Made by a program: the position numbers and the translations under genes. A model generated the notes under the pieces. The model searched no databases. It was given only the letters and a program-made list of their open reading frames with translations, and had not been told where the DNA came from. DNA of 64,000 bases from Eledone cirrhosa (Eukaryota), in contig OZ024749.1 of the NCBI GenBank assembly GCA_964016885.1, forward strand, positions 22,692,001-22,756,000. The letters run 5' to 3'. Shown here in pieces: positions 12,922 to 25,348 of this stretch; the first letter of the stretch is position 1, and each line of letters begins with the position of its first letter.

Positions 12922-13032
12922 GGTTTGATTATAAAAATCCCATTGGGATACATAATTGCTTGTTCAGAACAAACATTGTGAACAGGAAATAGAATAAGAA
13001 ATAAGATGGCGGAAACAACAACAACAACAACA

Positions 13033-13075
<43 letters not shown>

Positions 13076-13369
13076 TAATAATAATAATAATAATGATAAT
13101 AATAATAATAATAATAACAACAACAACAATGAGGAATTATTCATATATTATTTAACAATGTAATACGGAACTTCAGCCATGTTTATTTAAATTCACACGC
13201 GCGCGTGCACTCACACACACATACATAATATATATATATATATTTCCACATCCAAGCAATATTTTATGTCTGTCTACCTGTATGTACAGTGTATTTAAAT
13301 ATGTTGTATGTGTGTGTTCATGTGTGTGTGTGTGTGTGTGCGTTCGTGTGTGTGTACGTGTGTGTGTGT

Positions 13370-13418
<49 letters not shown>

Positions 13419-14394
13419 GCAAGAAAGATATAATGAAGAAGTGATTTAGAAACAAAAGACAGATAAATAAATTTTACTGTTGCATTCATACACAAAGCAT
13501 TTGAAGTGAAAACCACCACCACACCACCACCGTCACCTCCACAACATCCCACCCGTCTCTCCCTCACTACCACCTCCAATTCCATCACCACCACCACCAC
13601 CACCATTATCACTCTCACACCACGACCACCACTACTATCATTCTCACAGCCCCACCATCAAGCCACCACCACAGCCACCACTACCACCACCACCACCAAC
13701 TCCAACACCACCACCACCACCACCACCAGCCACAACACCAGCACCACCACCAGCACCACCAACATCCTCCTCCCCCCGCGTCACTGCCCCCCACCACCAC
13801 AGTCGTTTCTCCCATGCTGCCCCCCCCCCCCACCAATACCACCACCAGCACCCCCTCCACCACCACCAGCGTCACTCCCACACCACTACAGCCCTTTCTC
13901 CCACGCTGCCACCTCCACCACCACCAGCACCACCACCTCCACCAGAATAACAACAACAACCATAGCCACAGTAACATCAACAACAATGACGACAAACAAA
14001 CGTAACCACAACAACAATAACAACAAAATAGGAATAACAAGAAGAACAACAACAACATCAACCATAGCCACAATAACAATAACAACATAACAACAACCAC
14101 AACACCAAAAGCCACCACAACTATAACAACAACCACAACACCCAAAGCCACCACAACAATAACAACCACAACAACAACAACGACCAACAAACAGCAATAT
14201 AAAATGATAATAATTATAGCTGGTGTAGAAATCCTTTTGCTAAACAAACTGACGTTCATAGCAAATGAAAAGAAACTGGGAAATCAATACAGTATTATTT
14301 ATTATTTACATAATTAGAGAAATGGAGGAGAGGAAAACACAAGTTCTCTACTGTGAATAGATTTGAAATACTTTATAACTAGGATTTATGAAGT

Positions 14395-14738
14395 GGCGTA
14401 CTCTATAGCATAGAAATATGTGCTACCCTATAATTGGCGACTATTGCATCTTATACTATAGCGTAGTTACGTGTCTGTAACTGAGGCCTGTCTTGTGTCT
14501 TACACTACAGCGTAGGAATCTATCATGTGCTACTCTATAACTGGGAACTATATTAACTGGGCACTATATTGTGTATTACACTGTAGCGTAGTAATATGTC
14601 CCTGTGCTACTCTATAACTGGGGACTATATTGTGTCTTACAATATAGCATAGTAACATGTACCTGTGCTACTCTATAACAGGGGACTATATTGTGTCTTA
14701 CACTATAACGCAGTAATATGTCCCTGTGCTACTGTATA
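14395..14738. repeat. Minisatellite, about 61-bp unit, 5-6 diverged copies
   Basis: GTGCTACTCTATAACTGGGGACTATATTGTGTCTTAC recurs at 14604 and 14665, and partially at 14726. Confidence 0.85.
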
Positions 14739-15002
14739 TCTGTCTACCGCTCGCAACTCCTGGCAGATTGAACTTCATGAAATAAAGTGTCTTGATCATG
14801 GACATAACACTTTACCCACTAAGTCATGCGCCTTCTCAAGAAATATAATATTTTACATTATAACTTGGCAATGCATTATCTCTAAATTATCACATGGAAA
14901 TATTATATTTTGTGTAATTTACTGGTGCAGTAATGCGCCAGTTTCAGAATTCAGTAATCAGAAGAAGGGAGGTAGGCGTAAAAGTCAAACTCGCTATCTT
15001 CA

Positions 15003-15830
15003 ATTTTGGGTAATGACCAAAAGAATACGATCTTGAATACAAACGGCCGAAATAGGATTCTTTTGATGGATCTTTGGAGTAACGATACTCGATAAAGTGC
15101 GTAACTCGGAGATCAAAGAATCATTCCAGGTAGAGCCGCTACTTCTCCGAATTGAGAGATCACAAGTTCTGTACTATGGGCATGTGGATAGAATGTCTCA
15201 GGAATGAACCCCTGGACAGATATGTAGCTCAGAGAGCAGAGGGTCACTCCAGGTAGAGCCGCTACTTCTCTGAATTGAGGGATCACAAGTTCGGTACTAT
15301 GGACATGTGGTTAGAATGTCTCAGGAATGAATCTCTGGACAGATCTGTAGCTCAGAGAGCAGAGGGTCACTCCAGGTAGAGTCGCTACTTTTCCGAATTG
15401 AGAGATCACAGCTCCTATAGTATGGGCATGTGATTAGAATGTCTCAGGAATGAACCCCTGAACAGATCTGTAGCTCAGAGAACAGAGGGTCACTCCAGGT
15501 AGAGTTGCTACTTCTCTGAATTGAGAGATCACAGCTCCTATAGTATGGGCATGTGGTTAGAATGTCTCAGGAAAGATTTTACGGGCAAGACCAACCGTGG
15601 TAGACCCAGAGCAAGATGGTTGCATAACATCCAGGAGCTTGGCTGGTCTCGCTTGAGGATCTAGCCGGATCTGTTGGAGACGGTTGAGGACTCTTCCGCC
15701 ACGATCCTCTCAAAGAGAGAACGAGGGAAGAAGAAGAAGAAGAAGAAGAAGAAGAAGAAGAAGAAGAAGAAGAAGAAGAAGAAGAAGAAGAAGAAGAAGA
15801 AGAAGAAGAAGAAGAAGAAGAAGAAGAAGA
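15003..15830 (+). mobile_element. RTE-clade (Expander/Rex3-like) 3' fragment with internal 123-bp tandem amplification and (AAG)n tail
   Basis: FWVMTKRIRS*IQTAEIGF...DKVRNSEIKESFQVEPLLLRIERSQVLYYGHVDRM. CCAGGTAGAG at 15126, 15249, 15372 and 15495. Confidence 0.8.
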
Positions 15831-16412
15831 ATGTAATTTACAGCCTCAGACCCAAGGTACCATAGCTGGAATTCACGAAATTTAAAGGATCGAGTCAACT
15901 TTAAAATACTACAGATAAAATAATCGCAGACACGTTTAGACATTCCAAAATACGTATGTGAATATAAATAAAAAAACATAGATACACAGCCACTCAATAA
16001 TAATCTCAGATGGGAACCTAGATATCTATTCATGACAGGAACGGGGCTCCTATCATTAAAACACCAATGATACTTATGTTTGAAAGAATAAAGAAGGCCA
16101 GCTAAAATTATGCAAGAGCCAGCAGTGAGAACAACGAAACATACATATAATATACATACATACATACATACATACATACATACATACATACATACATACA
16201 CACATATGTACATACACATATACATATATACATTCATAAATACATCTGTACATACATATATACATTCATACATGCATACTCATAAATATATATTCATACA
16301 TGCATTCGTTCATACATACATAGACACAAATACGCACGCTCACACACGCACAATCACCCTCACACACATAATATATACAAACATACATATAAATATATAC
16401 ATACATACACAG

Positions 16413-16489
<77 letters not shown>

Positions 16490-16655
16490 CATACATAGAT
16501 ACATACATATATATACATACATAAATACATACATATATATAAATGCATGAATACATAAATGATACACATGCATACAGAAATACATACCTAAATCCCAATG
16601 CATAAATCATTTGAAGTAGTTTATTGTTACGAAATTATATCTGTGTGTGTGAATG

Positions 16656-16694
<39 letters not shown>

Positions 16695-16719
16695 CTCTAT
16701 CTCTCTCTCTCTCATTTAC

Positions 16720-16775
<56 letters not shown>

Positions 16776-17566
16776 TCTCTCCCTCTCTCCATCTCTCTCT
16801 TTCTCTCTCTCTCTCGGAGCGTGAGAGTGTAGCAGCATTTAAGAGTATGTGTATGGGATTCTTTGTCAGCAACATTTGGGAGTATGTAGTTTTGCAATTG
16901 TGTATTGACTACTATAAGAATCTCTGCCAAACCCGTTTAAATAACCACGAGGAACCGACAAAATTAGCGTCATAAATCGCATAATGAGCCATTTCGTATT
17001 CAAGACCACTATTGTTTTTGACCATAAATTCTAACACAAAATATCTTATCGTATTCAAAAATATTCCAATCTTCACAGCTCTATTTACAGAAATAAAACA
17101 TTTTTTTTTTATACGCATTCTTAAATTTTGGTGTTGCTTGCTTTAACAATATTTTTTTTCTTCGGTTTATTTGATAAATTTTAATGATTATTGTTGTTTG
17201 CATAACAACAAGAAAATATATATAAGTATGCATTAGGTTTCAGGAGCGGGAGCATTAATATTAACGTGTGTCTAATATTGATATGTTGCAGTGAAGGTGT
17301 ATGTATGTATGTATGTATGTATGTATGTATGTATGTATGTATGTATGTATGTACGTATCGTATGTATGTATGTATGTATGTATGTATGTATGTATGTATG
17401 TATGTATCGTATGTATGTATGCATGTATGTATGTATCGTATGTATGTATGTATGTATCGTATGTATGTATATATATATCGTATGTTTGTAAGTATGCATG
17501 GTTTGATGGTTGCATGTATGCATTTATACATGCGTGCATGTATGCATTTATTTAAGTATATAAATA

Positions 17567-17624
<58 letters not shown>

Positions 17625-18051
17625 GATAGATATATACAGATACATACATTGAACATTTATCCAGTCATTTCTGGTATAATTATTATTGTGTTAAAAAACA
17701 TTATTGTGACACACACATACAGAGACGCACACACACAGACACACACACACACAGACACACAGAGACACACACACACACACACATACGCACACCCACACAC
17801 ATTATGTAATAAACAACACAATATAATTATTCCATTACCCAAGGTTTCAAAATATTATAACTGAGGCGACCTATCTGATGAACGACTTTAGAGAGCTCTG
17901 TTACAATTGGGTAATACAATAATTATATTGTGTTGTTTTTTTACATTATTAGATAGCTCTGTACTATACACAGAACACTCTTCTTTCCTTTACCTTTTTA
18001 CCTTTTCCACGCAAATACACACACACAGACACACGCACACATACACACACG

Positions 18052-18088
<37 letters not shown>

Positions 18089-18917
18089 GTGTGTATTGTA
18101 ATTATAACGAGCCAGACAATTAGATATCGCCCAATGTCGACGATTTCCATACAGACAATGATTTTACCAACATCCTATGTTGCAAATAGGAATTTGAATA
18201 TCAGGGCGGACTCAATGCGTTGCATAGAGGATAGAAGGATTTAAAACTGTAATAGAGTCATTACCTCATCCTCAAGTGCAGCTGGGGCATTAGCAAAGTA
18301 CGGCACACAGATCACGTGTCAAAAACTTCAACTGAGTTCAGTGATGAATTCTAGCGGTGGTATCTGTCCATAAACTGGGTACACGGAATCGTATAGCCAG
18401 TCATCATCGAAATAAGTATCACAACGTTATCAATAAAGGACTTTAACATGGGAAACTATTTCTCTCTCTCTCACTATCTCTCTCACTCTCTCTCTCTCTC
18501 AATATATATATATATAGAGAGAGAAATTTATTATTTATTATCCACTCTACTATATATATATAGATATATTATTTATTACCCACTCTACTTCCCTAAGTAT
18601 TGAGTACTTTGGTGCGTTATGGTCCATCTGGTTCCTTACCACAACTCCTCCGTTATATATATTTATATATATACACATATATATTATGACAAAGAGAGAC
18701 GGTTCTAATTGTACAACTGTTTATTATATAATTGTCTCTACTTTTGGCACAAGGCCAGCAAATACGTATTGCATTACTGGTACTTTATTTTAACTACTGT
18801 TGACACCTTATTGAAAACACTTTAAGGAATACAAACTGTGCAGTGCTTTACGTCTGTTTTCAACGTAAGTAGGTAGATTATCTGATCGATTATCCTAAGT
18901 TGAATAATATATATATA

Positions 18918-19110
18918 TAGAAAAATGTTTAACCCCGACGGCAGAGCTCAAGCCCTCTCGACGGCTATTTATGGACACAAAAATAGCCGTCGAAACGGCT
19001 TGAGGTCTGCCGTCGGTGTCATAGATTTTCCTATTACCAACTCCTCTAGGCTAAGTATTGAGTACTCTGGTGCGTTATGGTCTATCTAGTTCCTTACAAT
19101 ACCACCTTCG

Positions 19111-19112
<2 letters not shown>
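18918..19112 (+). mobile_element. Family H2 copy with imperfect fold-back
   Basis: About 18918-18970 is inverted at about 18981-19033. GAAACGGC..GCCGTC at 18992-19014. Same 3' end as the 12693 copy. Confidence 0.7.
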
Positions 19113-19145
<33 letters not shown>

Positions 19146-19151
<6 letters not shown>

Positions 19152-19232
19152 GTCCCCCCCCCCCAAAAAAAAAAATGTATAAATACGTTGATTAGAATGC
19201 TGTTGAAGTATTTATACATTTTTGGGAGACAG

Positions 19233-19238
<6 letters not shown>
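19146..19238. mobile_element. Tiny Tc1/mariner-type MITE in a TA tract
   Basis: TA-CAGAGTCCC..AAAAATGTATAAATAC and GTATTTATACATTTTTGGGAGACAGTCTG-TA form terminal inverted repeats. Confidence 0.6.
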
Positions 19239-19304
<66 letters not shown>

Positions 19305-19441
19305 ATTCTCTACCATACTCTCCTCTCTCGCTTTTTCTCTCCTTCTGTATATTGCCAGTACCCATATATAAATATTTATGATGTTGCTGTTGGCTTTTGC
19401 TACTGGCGTAGTAGAAGCACCATCACAATCTTCTTCTTCTT

Positions 19442-19516
<75 letters not shown>

Positions 19517-19526
19517 GTTATTGTTA

Positions 19527-22500
19527 TTCCTTGAATCTCAGTCATTGATGTTGGTTAACTGGAAAGTCCGTTGGATTGAATATCAAGCCACTACCTGCAG
19601 CCTCAGATATTCAGGACGTATCGGAGGGTTCTTGCCGTTCCAAGCAAGCATGCCTTTTGAAGCGTTCCAAAAAGCGTGAAGGGGCCGATTTTCTTTAACC
19701 ATCCCTGGAAACCTTTGGAGATAGTCCCCAGTGCGCCTATGACAATCGGGATCACTTTGACTTCATGGCAGTTCCAAATCCTTTTCATCTCCCACTTTAG
19801 GTCCTGGTATCGGTTAATTTTCTCCCTCTCCTTCTCTTGCACTCTCGTGTCGAACGGGCAGGCCACATCCACAATCAGGCACGATCTTTTTTCTTTGTCC
19901 ACAACCACCAGGTCAGGTCTATTGTGTTCCAGTTTTTTGTCCGTCTGTATCCTAAAATCCCACAGCACCTTCACCTGACTGTTCTCCATCACCGCCTCTG
20001 GCCTATGCTCATACCATTTCTCAGAATGTGGTAGATTGTTTACTTTGCACAGGTGCCAGTGGATCACCCTGCCCATCACATCGTGTCTCCAGCCCTTATA
20101 GTGGGTCTGGGATAGGTGTTTACACTCGGACACAATGTGAGCCACAGTCTCCTCTCTCTCTCCACAGATCCTGCACAGTGGGCTAGCCTCCTCCTTGTAG
20201 ATATGGTGCTTCAACCACTTCGTTTTGAGGGCCTGCTCCTGCGCAGCCATTAGCATTCCTTCTGTAGCCTTTTTGAGGTCTCCTCTTCTCAACCAGTTCC
20301 ATGTCTGTGGATCTCTAAATTCAGTTTTCTCAAAGAAGGTACTATGAAGGGATTTTCCCTTAAGGCTGCTCTTCCTCCTTGATGTTATTTCCTCCTTGGG
20401 TATCCCCTGGCCTACTGTCCCCTCCTTCAGTACAGCTCTGAGCATTGGCTCCTTACTATAGGTCACGTATTTGTATAGGTTGTTTTTCTCCATCTGAACA
20501 CAGTCCTCTATGCTGATAAGACCTCTTCCACCCTCAGATCTCCTTAGGTAGAGTCTATCGACATCACTCCTCTTGTGGAACATGTTGTAGATAGTCAATA
20601 GCTTCCTAGTCTTCCTATCCATTTCTTTTTGTTCAGCAACATTCCATCTCAGAATTCCCGCACTGTACCTAATAATAGACACAGCTCGGGAATTTACTGC
20701 GCTTATGGCATTTCTGCTGTTCAGATGTGACTTCAATACGCTCCTTACTCTCCGAATGTATTCAGTTCTTAACAATTCCTTCATTTTTTTGTTCTTTATG
20801 CCATCAGCCTCCAGAATGCCCAAATACTTGTATCCTTCCTCAGAGTCAATTTCCTTTATCATCTCACCTGTTGGTATCTGGATCCCGCTACTTCTGCTCA
20901 ACCTACCCCTCCTCATCACAATGACTCCACATTTACCAATACCAAACTGCATACATATATCACTGCTGAAAATACGGACAGTGTCAACAAGCACATCCAA
21001 CTCCTTCTCACTTTTCCCGAAGAGCTTAAGATCGTCCATGAAGAGGAGGTGATTGATGGTAAGCTCTCCCCTTCCCAACTTGTATCCTGCTCTCACTTTT
21101 CGCAGCATAATGGTCAAGGGCATTAGGGCAAGGACAAACAACAGAGGCGACAGGCTATCTCCCTGGAAGATACCTCTCTTGATCTTCACGCTTCCCAAGG
21201 ATACTCCAGTTGATGTCAACTCTGTCTCCCAGGACCCCATACTCCTGCCCAGCAACTGTCTGATGTTATCTGCCACCCTGAAGATCTCCAGGCTTTTGGT
21301 GATCCAAGAATGAGGCACCATGTCAAATGCCTTTCTGTAGTCTATCCATCCCATGGCAAGATCAGTGTGTCTCCTCCTGCAATTCCCCATTACCATCTTA
21401 TCAATAAGTAACTGGTCCTTTGTACCACGTGACTTCTTTCGGCATCCTTTCTCTTCGTCCGGTAACAAGTTGTTTGTGTGGAGGTGATGGTAGATTTCCT
21501 CAGACACAATGCTCGTCAACAGTTTCCACATTACGGACAGACATGTGATAGGTCTATAGTTGGTAACATCATTACCCTTGATTCGGTCTTTCATTATCAG
21601 AACTGTGGTACCTTTTGTCAACCACTCTGGCACCTCACCCGACACCAAGCAGTCATTGAACATGGCCGTCAGCTTCGGGTGGAGGGATGTTAAATGTTTA
21701 ATCCAATACCCCTGCACACCATCTGGGCCTGGTGATTTCCAGTTGGTTAGTTTTTTGGCTTGCCCCTTAAGAGTTTCAACTGTGATACTCAAATCAGTTT
21801 GTTGTTGTGCCTGCTCACCGATCTCCCTCTGTACTGTCTCAATCCACCCTGCCTGGGCATTATGTCTAACATCCTGCTCCCATATTCCTCTCCAGAATGT
21901 TTTAGTTTGTTCCGCCCCAGGGATCAAGTCGTTGCCTCTTTCTTTCCCCTCAAGCTGTCCAAACAGCATCTTCTGGTTGTTGTCGAACATGCGGTTCTGT
22001 TTATACTGACTGTCTCTGTTCTCGTATCGCCTGATTTTTGCACTCTTTGCTACAATGCGTTGCTTCAATTCCTCTATGATAATATTTAGCTTTTTACTCC
22101 TAGTTTTGTATTTTATTTCCAGTCTATTTTTAGTGCCTATGTTTTTTAGTGTCCCATTCAGTAGTGACTCAAGCTTTCCTATGTCATTTCTCATTTCCCC
22201 GATTTGCCCACTCAGTCGCTTCTTCCACCACGGCTCTGCTCTTTCTTGTCTGTTGTTTCCTCTCGCTTTTATACCAAGTAGTTTCCTCACCGTATTTGCT
22301 GTTGCTTTCAGGATATTGTTGCACTGGTGAAGGCTCCTCGCCTCAAGGTATGGGATGACTTTGTTTACCTTAGCTGTTGTTTCTTTTAACTTTTTCCTGT
22401 CTACAAATCTTAGGTTCATAGGTCTCCCACTATCATTGTTCAATTCATCTACCACTAAATTTAGGATGTCAACCGAATCTTGTCCTAGCCCGTCAGCATT

Positions 22501-23810
22501 CATCTCCTCAGTGGCCGTATCTCTGTTCCAGGTATTATTTATCTCAGTATTCAGATCATTGTCTGCTTCGGGTGGTTCCTCCGTTCTCAGGCCCTCTTCA
22601 CCTTCATTTCCCACTGGCTCGCTTGTCTGGCATACTACACCCGCCATCTCCAAGCCATTCTCTCTGCTCAGTTCCTCCAGTTCCAGCTCGCTTATCCACC
22701 CATTAGTTCTTATTACCCGAGCCTGCCCGGCCAATTTTTGTTCATCTAATTTAAATAAACCAATCTCGTTCCAGATGTTATGCATCCGTCTCCTGTAGCC
22801 CCTCTCCTTGGGGTTACTTTTCAGGTAGCATTGCATAACAGTTCTATTCAATTCTTTCGTCCAGTTGGTTCTGGCCCCTTTCCTTCTTCTTCTTCCTCCA
22901 ACATCAGCAGTATTTGGTTGACAGTCAGGTTCCTGCTGCTGAGCCAGGGGGCACCTGTTGGGTGAGAGTCTGTCACATGACGTTCTAGTCTCCATTTCAC
23001 CGTTATTCGAACTGTTTATGTTCGATATTTAAACACTCTTATCGAGGATTGGCGAATGTATGGTTACATAGCCATCTGTGGATCCGCCATCCCACTTGGC
23101 CCTTGTGTGGCATTATCACCACGCTGTATACGAACACACATAAACAAACAAACACACAGGCAGAAAGGGCCCCAAAAATGAATAAGCATAAGTTTCATTG
23201 TAATGTAGTGTTCGAATGTCTGACTTAGTTTTTGTTTTTTAAGTTTTAGTTTTTCCCCCCCTCTTCTCTGTCCGTCCGCCTGCTTCTCTCTTCATTCTTA
23301 TTTTCTTTACGTTTTTGGGGTTTCTTTTTTTGTTTTTGTTTTTCTCTGTTTGTTTTTCTCGTTTTTGCTGTTGTTGCTGTGCTGCTTTGGTTTTGTTGTT
23401 TGTTTTTTCTTTTTTCTTTTGAGTCTATCTATATATTTTGATGCCTTCCTCTTTGTTAGTAGTAGGAATTCTATAATGTGGAAGTAGCAGCCAGCAGGGA
23501 GAAACGGGAGACTGGCGGCGGTAGCGATACTGAGACAGTGGTGGTGGTGATGTCGATACCGAGGCAGTGGTGGCGGCGATGTGACCGTATTACTGTAGTG
23601 ATGGTGCTGTAGCGGTGGCAGCAGTGAAGGAGTGAAGGGGTGGTGGCGGCGGTGATGGGATAGTGGTGGTAATGATGGCCGTACTGAGCGGTGGTGGTGG
23701 TGAAGGTGAAAATGCCGTTATCTGGCTGTTGTGTTTAGTGTACACAGATGATGGGGTGGGTGGTGTATCTAGTTTCTGGTGTTGGTGAGTTTGGCTGTCC
23801 TATATAGTGT
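19527..23810 (-). mobile_element. Apparently full-length R4/Dong-clade element (family B) in (TAA)n
   Basis: Single long ORF, 3' UTR running into (TAA)n, about 800 nt of upstream sequence reaching the next TAA tract. The 5' boundary is inferred. Confidence 0.9.
19603..22995 (-). CDS. 1130-aa RT / CCHC / restriction-like endonuclease protein
   Basis: KSPGPDG, NYRPITCL, WIDYRKAFDMVPH, GIFQGDSLSPLLF, LFMDDLKL, CRICGEREETVAHIVSEC, HNRPDLVVVD..IVDVACP, KINRY. No stops. Confidence 0.95.
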   Translation of the reverse strand: METRTSCDRLSPNRCPLAQQQEPDCQPNTADVGGRRRRKGARTNWTKELNRTVMQCYLKSNPKERGYRRRMHNIWNEIGLFKLDEQKLAGQARVIRTNGWISELELEELSRENGLEMAGVVCQTSEPVGNEGEEGLRTEEPPEADNDLNTEINNTWNRDTATEEMNADGLGQDSVDILNLVVDELNNDSGRPMNLRFVDRKKLKETTAKVNKVIPYLEARSLHQCNNILKATANTVRKLLGIKARGNNRQERAEPWWKKRLSGQIGEMRNDIGKLESLLNGTLKNIGTKNRLEIKYKTRSKKLNIIIEELKQRIVAKSAKIRRYENRDSQYKQNRMFDNNQKMLFGQLEGKERGNDLIPGAEQTKTFWRGIWEQDVRHNAQAGWIETVQREIGEQAQQQTDLSITVETLKGQAKKLTNWKSPGPDGVQGYWIKHLTSLHPKLTAMFNDCLVSGEVPEWLTKGTTVLIMKDRIKGNDVTNYRPITCLSVMWKLLTSIVSEEIYHHLHTNNLLPDEEKGCRKKSRGTKDQLLIDKMVMGNCRRRHTDLAMGWIDYRKAFDMVPHSWITKSLEIFRVADNIRQLLGRSMGSWETELTSTGVSLGSVKIKRGIFQGDSLSPLLFVLALMPLTIMLRKVRAGYKLGRGELTINHLLFMDDLKLFGKSEKELDVLVDTVRIFSSDICMQFGIGKCGVIVMRRGRLSRSSGIQIPTGEMIKEIDSEEGYKYLGILEADGIKNKKMKELLRTEYIRRVRSVLKSHLNSRNAISAVNSRAVSIIRYSAGILRWNVAEQKEMDRKTRKLLTIYNMFHKRSDVDRLYLRRSEGGRGLISIEDCVQMEKNNLYKYVTYSKEPMLRAVLKEGTVGQGIPKEEITSRRKSSLKGKSLHSTFFEKTEFRDPQTWNWLRRGDLKKATEGMLMAAQEQALKTKWLKHHIYKEEASPLCRICGEREETVAHIVSECKHLSQTHYKGWRHDVMGRVIHWHLCKVNNLPHSEKWYEHRPEAVMENSQVKVLWDFRIQTDKKLEHNRPDLVVVDKEKRSCLIVDVACPFDTRVQEKEREKINRYQDLKWEMKRIWNCHEVKVIPIVIGALGTISKGFQGWLKKIGPFTLFGTLQKACLLGTARTLRYVLNI

Positions 23811-23828
23811 TATTATTATTATTATTAT

Positions 23829-23900
<72 letters not shown>

Positions 23901-25081
23901 TGCATTTATCTTGCTTTATGTTCATACGAGTTATCACCAAGTCACAACCAGTGACCTCAAGAGACAACAAGGTCCGCCATGTTCAAGAAAGAACACACAT
24001 ATTCACACATGCATCCTTAGTGTTTAGACTTGTGATATACTTATATTGACAGGATCTTCCTTAGTATATGGGCAGTTCCCATTAGTACTATCTTTTGTAT
24101 TTCTCCTATACGCGGGTTTCCTGGGATTTGCGATAAGTAGTCGTTAGACCCATTAGGTATCATTCCCAGAGCGCCTACAACCACTGGTATTGTTTTAGTT
24201 CTCAATTTCCACATTTTTCCAATTTCTATCTCCGGGTCCTTATACTTGCTCAATTTTTCAAATGTTTTTATAGATACATTCTTGTCTATTGGAACAGACA
24301 TATCAATTAGCAGGCATACCCTCCTTTGAAAGTCCTTCAATATTATATCAGGTCTATTTGCATTTATTTTTCGGTCTGTTTGGATGCTAAAGTTCCACAA
24401 GATTGAGATGTGATCTTTTTCAAGTATGGGAGGTGGTTGATGCTCCCACCAATTCTTTTGATTGGGCAGGTCAAAATGCTTACACATTATCCAATGTATG
24501 TATTGTGCAGCTCTGTCATGCCTGTTTAGGTATTCGGTTGGAGCTATAGGACTGCACATTGAAATTATATGGTCAATGGTCTCTGGTTGCTTTTTGCATA
24601 CACGGCATAATGGGCTGCACCCATTTTTTATTATGTTGGCTTGGTAATTTTTTGTTGGCAGACACTGATCTTGTGCCGATATAATCAGTCCTTCAGTCTC
24701 CGATTTCAGTCCAGAGGATGCCAACCACTGATGGGTTAAAGTTTTGTCAACATCAGGATTGTTAGCTCGCTCTGGGTATTTTCCATACAAAGGCTTTTCT
24801 TGCCATTTCTTAGCCAGTTTCTGTAGCAGTTCTTTCTTTGCAGTTACTTTTACCTGCTTTGCTTTTTCTGTGTTTTCCATTTCAGCAGTAAATGGGACTT
24901 CTGAAATTTGTAGTCCATTACTGTATCTTTGTGCATCTTTTGTAATGGAATATGATCTTTTGGTGCTTTCGTGTTTCAAAACGAGTTTGATCATCCAATC
25001 ATGTGATTCCCTTAGATATGTGGATAATCCAATTGTTGCAGTTTTCAACGCAATGTCTAACTGGATTAACCCACGTCCTCC

Positions 25082-25084
<3 letters not shown>
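23901..25084 (-). mobile_element. 5'-truncated R4/Dong-clade element (family C) in (TAA)n; coding 24041-25084
   Basis: GGRGL at the truncation point, GLKSETEGLIISAQDQ, CRVC..HIISMC, RHD, NRPDIILKD..LIDMSVP, KLSKY. TAA tracts on both sides. Confidence 0.92.
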
Positions 25085-25133
<49 letters not shown>

Positions 25134-25348
25134 GGCGACCTACGTAGTAAATCGTATCATCGTGAGCTCGGCAAAGGTTTGTTATTTTCAGTAATTTAAA
25201 ATTGCTATTTATGGAAAATCTTTATTGTTCACTGTATATAAGTGCACATACATTGATTTTTGAAAAGGACACTCCAAAATATTGAGGCCTTGAGCCCAAA
25301 ATTTAAACTTTTTATAATTAGCAAACAAAATATTTTCTTTGAAAAATC

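Noticed and set aside
14395-15572. 61-bp and 123-bp arrays as CRISPR
   Set aside because: No unique spacers, no cas genes, eukaryotic context.
17676-17950. Inverted repeat of about 37 bp enclosing CTGATGA (17875) as a hammerhead
   Set aside because: No downstream GAAA or paired stems were found.
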